From a virus (taxonomy: Duplodnaviria > Caudoviricetes): 56,043 nucleotides of DNA. The notes under the pieces are model-generated. The model did not search any database. It saw only the letters and a list, made by a program, of their open reading frames with translations, and was not told the origin of the DNA. The stretch spans positions 1 through 56,043 of IMG/VR virus record IMGVR_UViG_3300046741_000008; one strand, 5' to 3'. The position numbers were made by a program, and so were the translations under genes. Below, piece after piece: positions 54,914-56,043 of the stretch; within the stretch, counting starts at the first letter, position 1; each line of letters opens with the position of its first letter.

Positions 54914-55021
54914 TCAGGCTCCAATCAGCGTGCCGAAGCACGCCACTGCGAACAGGTAGAGGATCAGCACGATCAGCCAGCCCTCGCCGGCCTTGAACTC
55001 GTCGCTCTTGCGCTTGTCCAT
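54914..55021 (-). CDS. Small membrane peptide
   Basis: 35 aa with one TM helix. Confidence 0.45.
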   Translation of the reverse strand: MDKRKSDEFKAGEGWLIVLILYLFAVACFGTLIGA

Positions 55022-55023
55022 GT

Positions 55024-55122
55024 TCAAAACCCCCCAGCAGCCAAGCTGCCAATTGCGATGGCGATCAGGATCGAGACGACCCAGCAGCCGATGCCGGCGG
55101 CGATGCGCTCGAAGCGGGTCAC
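55024..55122 (-). CDS. Small membrane peptide
   Basis: 32 aa, hydrophobic; GTGA overlap with the upstream gene. Confidence 0.4.
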   Translation of the reverse strand: MTRFERIAAGIGCWVVSILIAIAIGSLAAGGF

Positions 55123-55520
55123 AGCGCACCGCCCTTCACCCGCGCGCCGGGTTTGTGCTCGACCAGCAGGCCGGCATTCGGCAACTCGGGCCGTGCCATG
55201 TCAACGCCGATCCAGCGCGGGAACATCAAAGGGTGCGCGTAGTTCAGGTACGCGACCAGCTCAGCGTTTGACCAGCGCTTGAATCCGGCTTCGTCGCGGT
55301 CCAGCATGCGCATGTTCGCGGCCTGGGCGACCTCTTGCGTCAGCTGCTCGTCTACTTGGGAAAGCAGCTCAAGAGTCCACACCCTACTGGCCTCGTTGTC
55401 GATCATGTTGGCCGCATCCGCAACTTGGCGCGGGCCCCATTTGGCAGCCATCGAATTCATTGCGATAGCCAGTTGGTCGACCGGCAGCGTCGCGGAAATC
55501 ACGTCGTGTCTCATGGTCAT
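55119..55520 (-). CDS. Hypothetical protein
   Basis: GAGGAG RBS. Confidence 0.6.
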   Translation of the reverse strand: MTMRHDVISATLPVDQLAIAMNSMAAKWGPRQVADAANMIDNEASRVWTLELLSQVDEQLTQEVAQAANMRMLDRDEAGFKRWSNAELVAYLNYAHPLMFPRWIGVDMARPELPNAGLLVEHKPGARVKGGAL

Positions 55521-55524
55521 CTCC

Positions 55525-56001
55525 TCAGGTTGCGGGGAAATCGCTCCAGCCAGAAGGCGTTGGCGCCACGCCCGCGCCCTCGATCGCCCGGCGGATCAGC
55601 GGCAGGATCACGGTCGCGCCGGTGCTGCCTGGGTTGCTGCTCAGGCGTTCGAGCAGGTATGTCTCGGTCTTCGCCAGAGCGTCGACCAGGTCTTGCACGC
55701 GCTTGGCTACAGCGTGGATCGCTTCGTCGCGGCCGATCTCTTTCGCCTGCATCAGTGACTCGGCCAAGCCTTGCTCGATGATTTCTGTGGGGAGCGTCAG
55801 GCAGGCGTTCCAGCAGGCGACCAGCCGGCGGGCGTCAGCAGCCATCGCGGCTTCCCACTGGCCCTGCGTTTCCTCGGTGGCATCGCCCTCGATGTCGAGC
55901 ATGGCGACCTGTCGAACGGCGCTGTAAAGGCCCGTCCGGCTCCACGAGTGGTTGCACACGGTCAGCTTGCCGGCCGCACCTTGGATGTTGGTACTGCTCA
56001 T
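55525..56001 (-). CDS. Phage early protein
   Basis: ADARRLVACWNAC motif; GAGG RBS; follows the gene ending at 90 across the circular junction. Confidence 0.7.
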   Translation of the reverse strand: MSSTNIQGAAGKLTVCNHSWSRTGLYSAVRQVAMLDIEGDATEETQGQWEAAMAADARRLVACWNACLTLPTEIIEQGLAESLMQAKEIGRDEAIHAVAKRVQDLVDALAKTETYLLERLSSNPGSTGATVILPLIRRAIEGAGVAPTPSGWSDFPAT

Positions 56002-56043
56002 CTGGTCACCTCGTCGAGTCGGGTTGCTGGGCGGTGGCGCGGG
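55917..56043. repeat. Terminal direct repeat, copy 2 (circular contig overlap)
   Basis: Identical to 1-127. Confidence 0.95.

Noticed and set aside
1-56043. tRNA genes, CRISPR arrays, integrase, sigma28 promoters
   Set aside because: None recognised by eye; tRNAscan-SE, HMM and motif scans would be needed to exclude them formally

Overview
The window is a complete, circularly assembled tailed-phage genome of about 55.9 kb. Bases 1-127 repeat exactly at 55917-56043, consistent with an assembler overlap. It is GC-rich, and gene content suggests a Proteobacterial host, probably Betaproteobacteria (inference). A divergent control region at about 1060-1430 separates two arms. The leftward early arm (about 44.9-56 kb, wrapping to 1-1.35 kb) carries an ERF recombinase, an exonuclease, NinB-like, DUF968-like, HAD and YegP genes and many small ORFs. 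The rightward arm carries a Cro-like regulator, a YdaU/DUF1376 initiator with iterons, a DnaB-like helicase, a RuvC-like nuclease, accessory genes, terminase, portal, scaffold, a P22-like coat protein, podovirus-type adaptors, nozzle and ejection proteins, and lysis genes. I found no integrase, CI-type repressor, DNA polymerase, tRNA or CRISPR array. The standout feature is a translationally coupled cassette immediately upstream of terS (10092-15884). It encodes five soluble glycosyltransferase-like proteins and two SAM methyltransferases and is invaded by two HNH genes; it is a candidate virion-glycosylation system using CMP-ulosonate-type sugars. Other notable observations: 12 CTCGAG sites packed into one glycosyltransferase gene, a 1053-aa Ala/Thr/Ser-rich fibre gene between portal and head genes, a FliA-like sigma factor inside the lysis cassette, a polyvalent ejection protein, and several G-U-rich structured RNA candidates. 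All family calls come from motif recognition by eye, not from database searches.
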